This document shows, piece after piece, positions 38,710 to 48,009 of a stretch of 64,000 nt of DNA (position 1 is its first letter; each line of letters starts with the position of its first letter). The notes beneath the pieces are model-generated. The model saw only the letters and a program-made list of their open reading frames with translations, did no database searches and was not told the origin of the DNA. A program made the position numbers and the translations under genes. The stretch comes from an uncultured delta proteobacterium (GTDB lineage: Bacteria > Myxococcota_A > Polyangia > Fen-1088), in assembly GCA_963755125.1 (NCBI GenBank), contig CAVWIP010000017.1, positions 32,001 to 96,000 of the forward strand, written 5' to 3'.

Positions 38710-40107
38710 ATGCTAGTGGTGATCAGCGATTTGCATCTGAACGATGACTCGGCTGCACCCGAGAACATCAACCCCCGCGCCTTCGCGATCTGGATGGATG
38801 CCGTGATTGCGCTCGCTCGGAAGAACAAGGCCAAGGAACTGGTCTTCGCCTACCTGGGCGACATGGTGGATCTGCTGAGGACCGAATATTGGTTCTACCC
38901 CGCGCCTGACGTTCCCCTCGGGGCGCAGGGCCCGGAGGCATTCCCTCTCGAACATCGGCCCTGGGGCACTCGGGACATCAACGAACATCCGGACCAGCTT
39001 TCGGAGGCTTGCCGTAAGCGCGCCCTGGCAATTCTGCAGAAGATCTGCAGCCAGGCGAAGGAACAACTCGCGTACCTTAGTGGTGCTGCCAAGGGCGTAC
39101 CCGAGGAGCTTGAAAAACTCGGAATACCGATCCGGCGCCTCTACGTGCCGGGCAACCACGACCGGCTTTTCTGGGTCGACCGTGCCGTCCGCGAGGGGAT
39201 CCTGGCGGCTCTAGGTGCGGCTGTGGTTCCGGGAGACCGTCCCTACGAGTTGGCATTGCCCGAGTACGGCGTATTGGGGCGCCATGGGCATGAGTGGGAT
39301 CCGTGGAACTTTGAGGCGTTCCAGGAGGGCCACACCCCGAAAGATCTCAAGGCCGACGACTACAAGCTTGTACCCATCGGCGATCCCATCACGACCGAGG
39401 TGCTCGCCCGCCTACCGTATGAGGTCTACCGGGCGCTTCCCCCGCAGCTTTCCGACGAGATTCGCGCCCAGGTCTTTGAGCATCTCAGGCATGTCGAGGA
39501 CGTGCGCCCTCTTCACCAAGTGTTGCACTGGGTGGTCGTCCAACCAAACAGGTTCACTGCCGGATACGACTCCGCCACTCGCGATGTCATCCTGGACACC
39601 CTCGGCACGGTGGCCAAGCAACTGCTTGCTCGCTTCATGGGGATTCCGTTTGTCAAAGGTTGGCTCAAGGCCCACGACAAGTGGAGCCTCAAGCTCGACG
39701 AAGCCGACAAGATCCAGGATATCTATCGGCTATCGAGAGTTTTCGACATCAGGAACGTCTCGCGGGCGCTTGCGATTGCGGAGAAGCTCGGGCTCACGGC
39801 CCCCGACGACGAAGCCGGTCCCGCCGCCCAGGAACTTGGCGATCCTCCACGCGCTCGCTACTGCATCTACGGCCACACTCATCAATTCGAACACGTTCCT
39901 TTCGGCTGCAACGCGAACGGAGACGGTTTCGTCTACTTCAACTCGGGTACCTGGCGGCCTCGCGTGGAGCAGACCCGCGACCAACGTGGCTTCGCCGAAT
40001 TCAAGGAGATGACCTATCTGGTGTTTTACCGGGCGGACGAGGATCCCGCAGAGAGAGGGAGCAAGGGTTTCAGCTATGAGCTCTGGAATGGAATAATGCA
40101 TAAGTGA
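38710..40107 (+). CDS. Large metallophosphoesterase-fold protein
   Basis: ISDLHL, LGDMVD, PGNHD, HGHEWD, YGHTH, FNSGTW. Confidence 0.88.
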   Translation: MLVVISDLHLNDDSAAPENINPRAFAIWMDAVIALARKNKAKELVFAYLGDMVDLLRTEYWFYPAPDVPLGAQGPEAFPLEHRPWGTRDINEHPDQLSEACRKRALAILQKICSQAKEQLAYLSGAAKGVPEELEKLGIPIRRLYVPGNHDRLFWVDRAVREGILAALGAAVVPGDRPYELALPEYGVLGRHGHEWDPWNFEAFQEGHTPKDLKADDYKLVPIGDPITTEVLARLPYEVYRALPPQLSDEIRAQVFEHLRHVEDVRPLHQVLHWVVVQPNRFTAGYDSATRDVILDTLGTVAKQLLARFMGIPFVKGWLKAHDKWSLKLDEADKIQDIYRLSRVFDIRNVSRALAIAEKLGLTAPDDEAGPAAQELGDPPRARYCIYGHTHQFEHVPFGCNANGDGFVYFNSGTWRPRVEQTRDQRGFAEFKEMTYLVFYRADEDPAERGSKGFSYELWNGIMHK

Positions 40108-40141
40108 CCCGCGCCGTTCGGCTGTCCTGGCTAGCACCATC

Positions 40142-41017
40142 GTGCCGTCCATCCAAGGATTGAAGCCCGTGCGATTTCTGCCCGCTTTTTTCTGCCTCGC
40201 ACTGGCCACCGCGCTTGCGACCTGCAGGACGTCCCGCGCTCCCACGGCAAAGGCGCCGTCCTGGATCCTCGATGACACGGTCGCGATTCCAGGCGGCACG
40301 TTCGCCATGGGAAGCGACAGCCGGGACGCGAACGAAAACGAGAAGCCGGTGCATCTCGTGACCGTGAAGAGCTTCCGCCTCGACCGGACCGAGGTGACGG
40401 TGGCGGCTTACGCCGAGTGCGTGCGCGCCCGCGCCTGCAAGGAACCCGAGGCCTTTCGCGCCGAACTCGGAAATTTTCGCATCTTCTGCAACTGGAAGCA
40501 CCCACAGGACCGATCCACGCACCCAATCAACTGCGTCGATTTTTCGCAGGCCGCCGCTTTCTGCGCGTGGGCCGGCAAGCGTCTGCCCAGCGAGGAAGAA
40601 TGGGAATACGCCGCGCGCGCAGGATCGGACGGCCGAATCTATCCCTGGGGAAACGACAAGCCCGACCAGAGCCGGCTCAATGCCTGCGGAAAGGAATGCC
40701 CGGACAACCTTGTGGCCAAGCGATTCCCGAGGTGGGCGCCCATGTACGAGGCGGACGATGGCTGGCCGGAGACGGCTCCAGTGGGCAGTTTTCCCGCCGG
40801 CGCATCGAAGCACGGCGTGCTCGATCTGCTTGGCAACGTCTGGGAATGGACCGCGTCCGAGTACGCCGCCTACGACGGCAGCCACGCCGAGAAGAAACGC
40901 GTCCTGCGCGGGGGAAGCTGGGGCGGTGGCGATCCGCGAACCGAGCGGACCAGCAACCGCTTTCGCCTCGATCCCAGCAGCCGTGCGCAGTTTCTCGGCT
41001 TTCGCTGCGCCCAGTAG
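40142..41017 (+). CDS. Formylglycine-generating enzyme (FGE-sulfatase/SUMF1) domain protein
   Basis: GGTFAMGS, TEVT, RLPSEEEWEYAAR, GNVWEW, RGGSW, GFRC. Confidence 0.92.
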   Translation: MPSIQGLKPVRFLPAFFCLALATALATCRTSRAPTAKAPSWILDDTVAIPGGTFAMGSDSRDANENEKPVHLVTVKSFRLDRTEVTVAAYAECVRARACKEPEAFRAELGNFRIFCNWKHPQDRSTHPINCVDFSQAAAFCAWAGKRLPSEEEWEYAARAGSDGRIYPWGNDKPDQSRLNACGKECPDNLVAKRFPRWAPMYEADDGWPETAPVGSFPAGASKHGVLDLLGNVWEWTASEYAAYDGSHAEKKRVLRGGSWGGGDPRTERTSNRFRLDPSSRAQFLGFRCAQ

Positions 41018-41128
41018 ACAGGCGCGTCGTCGCGTGGTGCGACTGACCACGCTCGGCTGCCTGATTGCCCGCGGGCAGGAAAGTCGGGCGCAGCCGCGAC
41101 GGGGTTGGTACACAATAGCCGCATCCTC

Positions 41129-42904
41129 ATGCGGCCCGCCCAGCAGTCCATCTCTCGCGCCATGGGAAGTTACCTGCGGCGCATCGCCGTGCACCGGCGT
41201 CCCCTGGCCAAGATCGCGGTGCTCTTTCCCATCAAGCACGCCGCCTATCTCTTCTATCCCATTCTCATCAAGCTCATCATCGACCGCTTCATTCCGGCGC
41301 GCCGGCTGGACTTGATCTTCGGCACCCTGGTGGTGGTCGCCCTGTTGGGGGTGCTCAACTACTTCTGCCATCGCGCCTACACCGTGTGCGAAACCATCAT
41401 CACCAAGGGGGTGTCGCGCAGCCTGCGCAATCAGATCGTGGAGAAGCTGCAGCTTCTGTCGTTGCAGTATCACGCCAGCCACGAGAGCGGGCGCTTCGTC
41501 TCGAAGCTGCTGGTCGATGTCGAGCGCACCGAGCGTTTCGCCGAGATGCTCTTCAATACGTTGCTGGCCTCGGTCATCACCGTCGTGTTTTCGGTGGCGG
41601 TGCTGGCAGCGGACAACTGGAAGATGCTGCTCTTCTACCTTCTGTGCATCCCCTTCTACTTGCTGGTGTACCGGTATTTCAACGTGCGTTTCGGCCGGTT
41701 GCAGCGCGCGGCGCGCATGGCCAACGAGGATCTGAGCCATTCCTTGAGCCAGTTCATCCAGACCTCGTTTCTCAGCAAACTGCACGGCGAGGAGGAATTT
41801 GAACGAAGACGTATCGATGAGCGCAGCGTCGACATCATCCAGCGACAGAAGTCCATCCGCAAGGCCATCGCCTCGTTCGGCATCATCACTGTGACCTTCT
41901 CGCAGGTGTTCACCATGCTGATTGTCGCCGTGTGCGCGACCCTGGTGGTGCGCGGCGAGATGCTCATCGGATCGCTGGTGCTGTTTCTCACCTACATCAC
42001 CCAGCTTACCAACACGGTCACCAACATCATCAACCAGTTTCCCATCATCACCGAGTTCGCCGAATCGGTCTACTCGATCGACGAGGTGCTCGACGCTGCG
42101 GAAGAGGAGTGCAATCAGGGGAAAGAGAAACCAGCCGCCATTGACGGACAGATCGAGTTTGAGGCCGTGGATTTCTCGTACGGGAGTGGGCCGCCGGTCT
42201 TCACCGGCCTTTCCGTTCTGCTCGAGCGCTCTGCCACAGTGGCGCTGGTGGGGGCGTCGGGTTCGGGCAAGACCACCTTCGTGAACCTGGTCCTGGGTCT
42301 GGTGCAGCCGCAACGCGGACGCATTCTCCTCGACGGCCGGGACCTGGCGAGCCTTGACATGCGCCATGTGCGCAAGCAGGTCGGCGTGGTCACACAGGAG
42401 CCCATCATTTTTCGGGGAACCGTGTACGAGAACATCGCGCACGGCCGCGAGGATTACGACAAGCAGGCGGTTCGCGAGGCGGCCCGGCGAGCCAACGCGC
42501 ACGAGTTCATCGCGGCACTGCCCGACGGGTACGACACCGTGGTCGGGGAGCGCGGGGCCACGCTGTCGGGCGGGCAGAGACAGCGTATCGCCATCGCGCG
42601 CACGATCTTTCGCCGGCCGGCCATCCTGGTGCTGGACGAGGCCACCTCGGCCCTGGACGCGGAGACGGAGCGCGAGGTGCAGAAGGGCATCGACGGCCTT
42701 TTGGGGGGCCAGACCACCATCGTGATTGCGCACCGTCTGAGCACCATTTTCAGGGCGAACCGCATCCTGGTGTTCGACAAGGGAAGGATCGCGGAATCAG
42801 GCACGCACGACGAGTTGATTGACCGGCGTGGGCTTTACGCCACCCTGTTGCAGGTCCAGATGGGGCTCGACGAGCGCACCCTCGGGGTTCTGAAACAGGG
42901 GTGA
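41129..42904 (+). CDS. ABC exporter, fused permease/ATP-binding protein
   Basis: TM domain plus GASGSGKT, LSGGQRQR, LVLDEATS. Confidence 0.95.
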   Translation: MRPAQQSISRAMGSYLRRIAVHRRPLAKIAVLFPIKHAAYLFYPILIKLIIDRFIPARRLDLIFGTLVVVALLGVLNYFCHRAYTVCETIITKGVSRSLRNQIVEKLQLLSLQYHASHESGRFVSKLLVDVERTERFAEMLFNTLLASVITVVFSVAVLAADNWKMLLFYLLCIPFYLLVYRYFNVRFGRLQRAARMANEDLSHSLSQFIQTSFLSKLHGEEEFERRRIDERSVDIIQRQKSIRKAIASFGIITVTFSQVFTMLIVAVCATLVVRGEMLIGSLVLFLTYITQLTNTVTNIINQFPIITEFAESVYSIDEVLDAAEEECNQGKEKPAAIDGQIEFEAVDFSYGSGPPVFTGLSVLLERSATVALVGASGSGKTTFVNLVLGLVQPQRGRILLDGRDLASLDMRHVRKQVGVVTQEPIIFRGTVYENIAHGREDYDKQAVREAARRANAHEFIAALPDGYDTVVGERGATLSGGQRQRIAIARTIFRRPAILVLDEATSALDAETEREVQKGIDGLLGGQTTIVIAHRLSTIFRANRILVFDKGRIAESGTHDELIDRRGLYATLLQVQMGLDERTLGVLKQG

Positions 42905-42927
42905 ATCGACAACCGTTGGCGGTTGCT

Positions 42928-44235
42928 TTACGGCTGATTGGCCCCGACGATGCTTGTGGCCTTGTTGGCGTATGGGCCGGCGGGGAATTTGGCCAGATAA
43001 AGAGCGGCAGTTTTCCGCGCGGCAGCCCGATCGCGCAGGGAATCGAAGAGTACCAGACGGCGGCCCAGAGCCTGCTCGCCATAGTCGCCGGCCGGGTTTT
43101 CCGCTAGGTAGCGACCGTACCATTGTAGCGCGCTGGTCTCGGCCTTGCGCCCGGGGCGGGATTCGTCGAGGGTGCCGAGGAAGAAGGCGGCGTCTCGCGC
43201 CGCCACGGTTTGCGGGAAGCGCTGGCGCTGGGCCAAGAGCGCCCGCTGCGCCAGATCGTCCCTTCGGCGGTAGCGGGCGGCATCGGCGAGAGCGGCGAGG
43301 TCGGCACTTGTCGCGCTGGCGAGCACATCGTCGAGACCTCGGCGCGCGGCCTCATCCAGGATGCGCTGGAAGTCGCCGCGAGCCAGCGCCTGCGGCCAGG
43401 CCGCCGAGGACTCGGGGGCCATCGCTCGCGGCGCCGGCGCTGGGCGAGGGGCGCGCGACGACTCGCGCGGGGATATCGCCGGGCGCTCGCTGGAAGACGA
43501 AGGTGCAGGCGCGAGGTCAGCCGTGGGCACGGGCGCCGCGGGGGCCGCGGGCTGAGCCGGAGAGGCAGCGGGCGCCAAGGCGTCGAGCACGATTTGCCCG
43601 CTTTCCGCGCTGGCCAGGAGATGCTGGCCGGCGGAAACGGCGAGTCCCTGGCCGGCATTGGGTCCCTTCACCAAAACGCTGCCGTGGCGAATCCAGAGTT
43701 CCAGGACACTCGTTTCCGGGGTCCAGTTCATGTCGAAGGCTGTCCCCGTCACCAGAATTTGGTATGGCCCGGCCGCCAGTGACCAGCTCGCCCCGGGAAG
43801 ATGCACGACTTGCGCAGACAGCCGGCCGTGCTCGAGCCGGATGCGCGCCCCCCGCGCGTCGATGGCCGTGACGCTCGCGCGCGCCTCGGCGGCCACGGTC
43901 ACGCGAGAGCCGTCAGAGAACTCGATGCGCCCGGCTGAAGCGAGATCGGGAGCAGCGTGAGGCACGCCGGTTTCGTCGAGGACGCGGAAGGCAAGGCTGG
44001 GCGGCGTCTGGTTCAACCTGGGAGCCAGCAAGACGACGGCGGCCGCAGCAACGGCCAGGGCAAGGCCTAGGGCCAGGGTGTGTCTGGTGCGCAGCCGTCC
44101 CGAGAGCTTCACCTCAAGGCGGCTCCAGCCGGCCTGCTCGCGGGCGGACAGGTCGTCGGTGAGGGCGGCGCGGGCCAGGTTACAGAGGTGGCGAAGCGCG
44201 CGGTCCGAGGCTTGGGGCTCCAGGCTCTTCTTCAT
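42928..44235 (-). CDS. FecR-domain anti-sigma factor with C-terminal TPR-like region
   Basis: TM helix; FSDGS...LEHG...VTGTAF...HGSVLV; coupled to the sigma gene by an ATGA overlap. Confidence 0.85.
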   Translation of the reverse strand: MKKSLEPQASDRALRHLCNLARAALTDDLSAREQAGWSRLEVKLSGRLRTRHTLALGLALAVAAAAVVLLAPRLNQTPPSLAFRVLDETGVPHAAPDLASAGRIEFSDGSRVTVAAEARASVTAIDARGARIRLEHGRLSAQVVHLPGASWSLAAGPYQILVTGTAFDMNWTPETSVLELWIRHGSVLVKGPNAGQGLAVSAGQHLLASAESGQIVLDALAPAASPAQPAAPAAPVPTADLAPAPSSSSERPAISPRESSRAPRPAPAPRAMAPESSAAWPQALARGDFQRILDEAARRGLDDVLASATSADLAALADAARYRRRDDLAQRALLAQRQRFPQTVAARDAAFFLGTLDESRPGRKAETSALQWYGRYLAENPAGDYGEQALGRRLVLFDSLRDRAAARKTAALYLAKFPAGPYANKATSIVGANQP

Positions 44236-44885
44236 GGGGATTCCTCGTCGATTCCCGAGAGGTAGGCGGCCAGCCCAGGATCTCTGGCGATGTGGTGGTC
44301 GACCCGCGCGCGGGCGCGCACGAGCCGTCGCTTGGCTGTGGCCAGGGACACGCCCATGGCTGTGGCCACCTCGGTCAACTCCATGCCTTCGATGAAGCGC
44401 AAGACGAAGGCGATGCGGTCCTCGCTTCCGAGCCGGTCCAGGATGGCGTAGAGCCGAGAAACCGCCTGGCGCGCTTCCGGATTGGGATGAACCGTCTGCA
44501 GATCGGGGTCGATGTCTTGCTTCGCACCTAGGGTCATGCACCGTCGCACCCAGCGGCGACGCAGTTCGTGGCGCAAGGTGAGCGTCGTGATGGTGATGAG
44601 AAAGGCCGGCAGGGTTCTCGGGTCGCGCAGCGTCGGCAGTCTTTTGAACAGATTCAGGAAGACCTCCTGCACCAGATCCTCCACTTCATTTTGCTGGCCT
44701 AGCGAGCGGCGCAGAATGCGATAGACCAGCCGGGTATGGCGATCCCAGAGGACGCGGGGCGCGCGGGGATCCCCGTCCAGGATTGCGCGGACCAGGCCCG
44801 CGTCGTCGATCGCGGAAAGATCCGCGGCCGGCAGCACCAGGATCTTGGCGCCTTCTCTGGCCTGGCTATCGGTTTCGCTGCGCAT
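44232..44885 (-). CDS. ECF RNA polymerase sigma factor
   Basis: EVEDLVQEVF (region 2); EGMELTEVATAMGVSLATAKRRL (region 4). Confidence 0.92.
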   Translation of the reverse strand: MRSETDSQAREGAKILVLPAADLSAIDDAGLVRAILDGDPRAPRVLWDRHTRLVYRILRRSLGQQNEVEDLVQEVFLNLFKRLPTLRDPRTLPAFLITITTLTLRHELRRRWVRRCMTLGAKQDIDPDLQTVHPNPEARQAVSRLYAILDRLGSEDRIAFVLRFIEGMELTEVATAMGVSLATAKRRLVRARARVDHHIARDPGLAAYLSGIDEESP

Positions 44886-45190
44886 GTCGTTCAATTGAAA
44901 GGTGCCCGTCCTCGCGGAAACCGGCTCAGGAAACAGGCCGTTCGGGGAACCGGCTCTTGCTACAGTAGCTGCACCCATCGGCCTCGGGCCAAGGAGGAGG
45001 AACCATTGCCTGCCACGGTGGGGCAACTTCGTTGAGCCGTTGAAGTGGCCAGGCGGCACATATGCGCGCGAGAGATGTCCACACGAGGATTCCATGACGA
45101 GTAGGCATTCGGGCAGCACACCACACATGGCGGTTGTGTGCCTACCCGCACGCGCCGCTGTCTTGGCAGCCGGCCAAGCGAAGGGGTCTA

Positions 45191-45913
45191 ACCCCTGTGC
45201 TCACCTGAGTGGAAATAGTTCTTGCCTTGATGGGTAGCCCAGATGTGTGCGAAGACCTTCCGTAGAAAAGCGTACGCAACAGCGTCAGCGCTGAAATCAT
45301 GGAGGAATTAGCGATGCGGGAAGGCTGGCTTGCTGACCGATGCATTGGTTGCAGGACATGGCCCGGTTCGCTGCAAGACGCTCTTCCCGCGCCTTGCTCC
45401 GGGCCGCTGCCAGTTGCGCCGGCAGGTCTAGGATACCGGCCTTGGCGTTGCCTTCGGGAAGCCGTTGGCCACCAGCCAGGCTGAACCCAGAAGCGCGGAG
45501 TAGTGCCAGAAGAATCCGGACAACCGCCGCGAGGACTCGCGCTCGCCGATCAAGCTTCGCGATGGTGTCGAGCAGCTGCTGCCGGTCCTGGTCGAACGGC
45601 TCAATGGTGACGACAGGGCGCACACCGCGCCCGTGCCAAGAGGAAACCGTGGAGCGCGGGATCGCGACGTGCCTTGGTAGGCATCTCTTGCCAGTGCGGC
45701 ACACCTGCTCCCGGATGCGGTGGTCGTAGGCGCGGCGCGTCTCTGACGTGGCCACAAGGTCGCTTGTCATCACGAAAGGATCACCCGCCGGATGTCACCC
45801 GCCAGCGAAAACCTCAATGATATTGAGGGGGCCGCAAATGCGCACACAAATGTGCTGGAGGTCTTCGCGCGCAGCTGGGCAAGAACTATTTCCACTCGGG
45901 TGAGCACAGGGGT
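45191..45913 (-). mobile_element. Internally deleted (non-autonomous) transposon, 723 bp, with long IRs and apparent TA duplication
   Basis: IR ACCCCTGTGCTCACC(T/C)GAGTGGAAATAGTTCTTGCC at both ends; TA at 45189-45190 and 45914-45915; inner ORF 45297-45773 appears to join a transposase N-terminus to its C-terminal tail with no DDE core. Confidence 0.78.
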
Positions 45914-46752
45914 TAGAACGCAACCGGGGTCGCGAGTAGCTGGATCTCGTTGGCGGTGAGCGCGCGATTGTAGAGCGCCTCCTCGTCGATCCTGCCGGGA
46001 AACAGTTCAGTAACCACCGCCGCATTGCCATTGCCGCCCAGGATCACCGGCCTCGTGTCGCGGGGGAAAACCCCCGAGATCGACCGCGAGTTGACCTCGA
46101 CGCCATTGACGTACAAGACCGCCAGGTTGCCGTCATAGGTTCCCGCCATGTGGGTCCAGGTCGTTTGCGCGACCTGTTGGCTGGCCTGCGGACGGGCGGC
46201 TGCGATGCTGGCCGAGAAACCGATGAACAGCGTGGGTGTCCCGTCCTGATACAGCGACAAGTGGTAGTACTGCTCGTCTGTGGTTCCAATCTGGCGCGAC
46301 AGCGCCGTCCCATACCCATCGGCCACCGAAATCACGCCATCGAAGTAAACCCACGCGGAAACCGTAACCTGGGTGGTGATACTGTCGATGCTAGCGGAGT
46401 CTGCGACAGACGCGTATCCAATGCCATTGGTGTCCAGAGCCCCGTTCAGGCGTCCTTCAACCCAGGCCTGCGCCGGATCCAGACCCACCAGGGTACCGTC
46501 ATTGCCGTTGCCGGAGGAGTCGTGCGCTACCTTGCTGCCGACGGGATCGTCGAAGTGCCACAAACCCACCAGTCCGGACAGCAGGCTCGCGGTGCTGGCA
46601 GCACCGGAGACATCGCCGGGGCTGCCGTCGAGAGAAGACGGATGATGGCCTCCGTCCGAGTAGAGGTCCACCAGGGTCAAGGTGCGTGGCGAGCAGGCCG
46701 CCAGGAACCCCAGCAGGATTAACGGCCTAGAAGCTGACGTGTAGCCCGACAT
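45913..46752 (-). CDS. LamG/concanavalin-like domain lipoprotein
   Basis: LAAC lipobox; GLVGLWHFD, WTHMAGTYDG...LYVNG, FPGRIDE..LYNRAL. Confidence 0.9.
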   Translation of the reverse strand: MSGYTSASRPLILLGFLAACSPRTLTLVDLYSDGGHHPSSLDGSPGDVSGAASTASLLSGLVGLWHFDDPVGSKVAHDSSGNGNDGTLVGLDPAQAWVEGRLNGALDTNGIGYASVADSASIDSITTQVTVSAWVYFDGVISVADGYGTALSRQIGTTDEQYYHLSLYQDGTPTLFIGFSASIAAARPQASQQVAQTTWTHMAGTYDGNLAVLYVNGVEVNSRSISGVFPRDTRPVILGGNGNAAVVTELFPGRIDEEALYNRALTANEIQLLATPVAF

Positions 46753-47788
46753 TGGCCAGGACTCCGGGACGGGAAAATGATTTCGTGTCGGTATTGGCGA
46801 TGCGAATCACCAGGGGTGGGACAGTCGCGTTGGCGTTCAACTCGGCGCCGAGCCAAAGCCGATTCGCGAGGCGAAGGTTCGCGGCAACTCCGGCCGCAGC
46901 CAGCGCGGACCAGGCGGCGCCCGAGCGCGCAACCGCTTGCGTTGGATCAGTCGTCGCGCCTTGGCCGCTCAAGTGTGCCACGCCCGCCGACGCGACGACG
47001 AACGACTGAACCCGCGCTCGCCGAAAGAAGGCCCAGGCCAGTCCCAGCAACCCGAGCTGACGGTGCACGGTGGCGGTTCCATAATCTCCGGTGAGCGTCA
47101 TGGCCGGGCCAAGGCCGTCGATCTCGGCCCGTATTCCCAGCCCATGCGGCCACGTCACCATGGCCAGCAATGAGCCCATCCATTGGGGCGAAGGAAGCCC
47201 CACGTCCTGCTGCACGGCGATTCCCAGGCCAATCGTGACCTGCGGTCGATGAGATGACTGAGCCGTGTGGTCATGGTTGGCGGTGGCTTGCTGTGGCGCA
47301 GGCCACAGGCCGGTAAGGCTGACGCGGATCAGCTCGATCGCATTCACAGCCAACACCGCAGCGTCGTGGCTGATGTCGTCGCCCTGGACGGCCATTCGCA
47401 GGATGCTGGTTCGCCGTCCCACCCGATCTGAAACCCAGATGGCAATCGTGTGGCTCTCCGGATCGCCGATATGAGCAATGGCAAACGCGGCGACAGCGCG
47501 GGAATCCGGGGCCACGGTTTCGACCTGCGTCGTGGGATCCTGGCGTGGGTCGAGGGTGACAAACGTGGTTTGGAACTCGGCCGCGGTCAGCTCTCCGGTG
47601 ACGCGGGCCAGCGCGGTGCGCGTCAGCTCGTCGACATCGGCCGGCCGCAGGACGATAACCAACCCGCGCGACGGCCGCACCCCAGGCAGGGCTCCCGAGC
47701 TGCTATCCACGCCGTCCGCCGTGAGCGCCAAAAGTGATACCAAGACGGGAGCAATGGAGAGCATGGACGTCCCGCATTTTCTGTTCAC
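46727..47788 (-). CDS. Exported hypothetical protein with possible C-terminal beta-barrel-like region
   Basis: Signal peptide; alternating hydrophobic strands ending in GLHVSF. Confidence 0.7.
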   Translation of the reverse strand: MNRKCGTSMLSIAPVLVSLLALTADGVDSSSGALPGVRPSRGLVIVLRPADVDELTRTALARVTGELTAAEFQTTFVTLDPRQDPTTQVETVAPDSRAVAAFAIAHIGDPESHTIAIWVSDRVGRRTSILRMAVQGDDISHDAAVLAVNAIELIRVSLTGLWPAPQQATANHDHTAQSSHRPQVTIGLGIAVQQDVGLPSPQWMGSLLAMVTWPHGLGIRAEIDGLGPAMTLTGDYGTATVHRQLGLLGLAWAFFRRARVQSFVVASAGVAHLSGQGATTDPTQAVARSGAAWSALAAAGVAANLRLANRLWLGAELNANATVPPLVIRIANTDTKSFSRPGVLANVGLHVSF

Positions 47789-48009
47789 GGGCGGGACGAA
47801 GATTGAACTTGGCAGGCCGAACGGAAAAAGACAAGGAGCGAGGCTGATCCGCCTTCAGGCGCGATGTGGGACTTCTCCTCACTATGGCGACATTGGCCCA
47901 CCCGCGTTCGGCCCGCAATTGCTGCGCGAAACTTGCTACACTAGACGCGGACACAGACCATTGGGCATGGGTCCGAATGGCTTGCCCCGGAAGTGAGAGG
48001 CATCCTTCA

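Noticed and set aside
40070..42733. 887-aa minus-strand ORF (and similar long ORFs at 9088-10473, 48274-49719, 52114-53196, 1140-2138)
   Set aside because: These are antisense shadows of well-supported GC-rich genes on the opposite strand.
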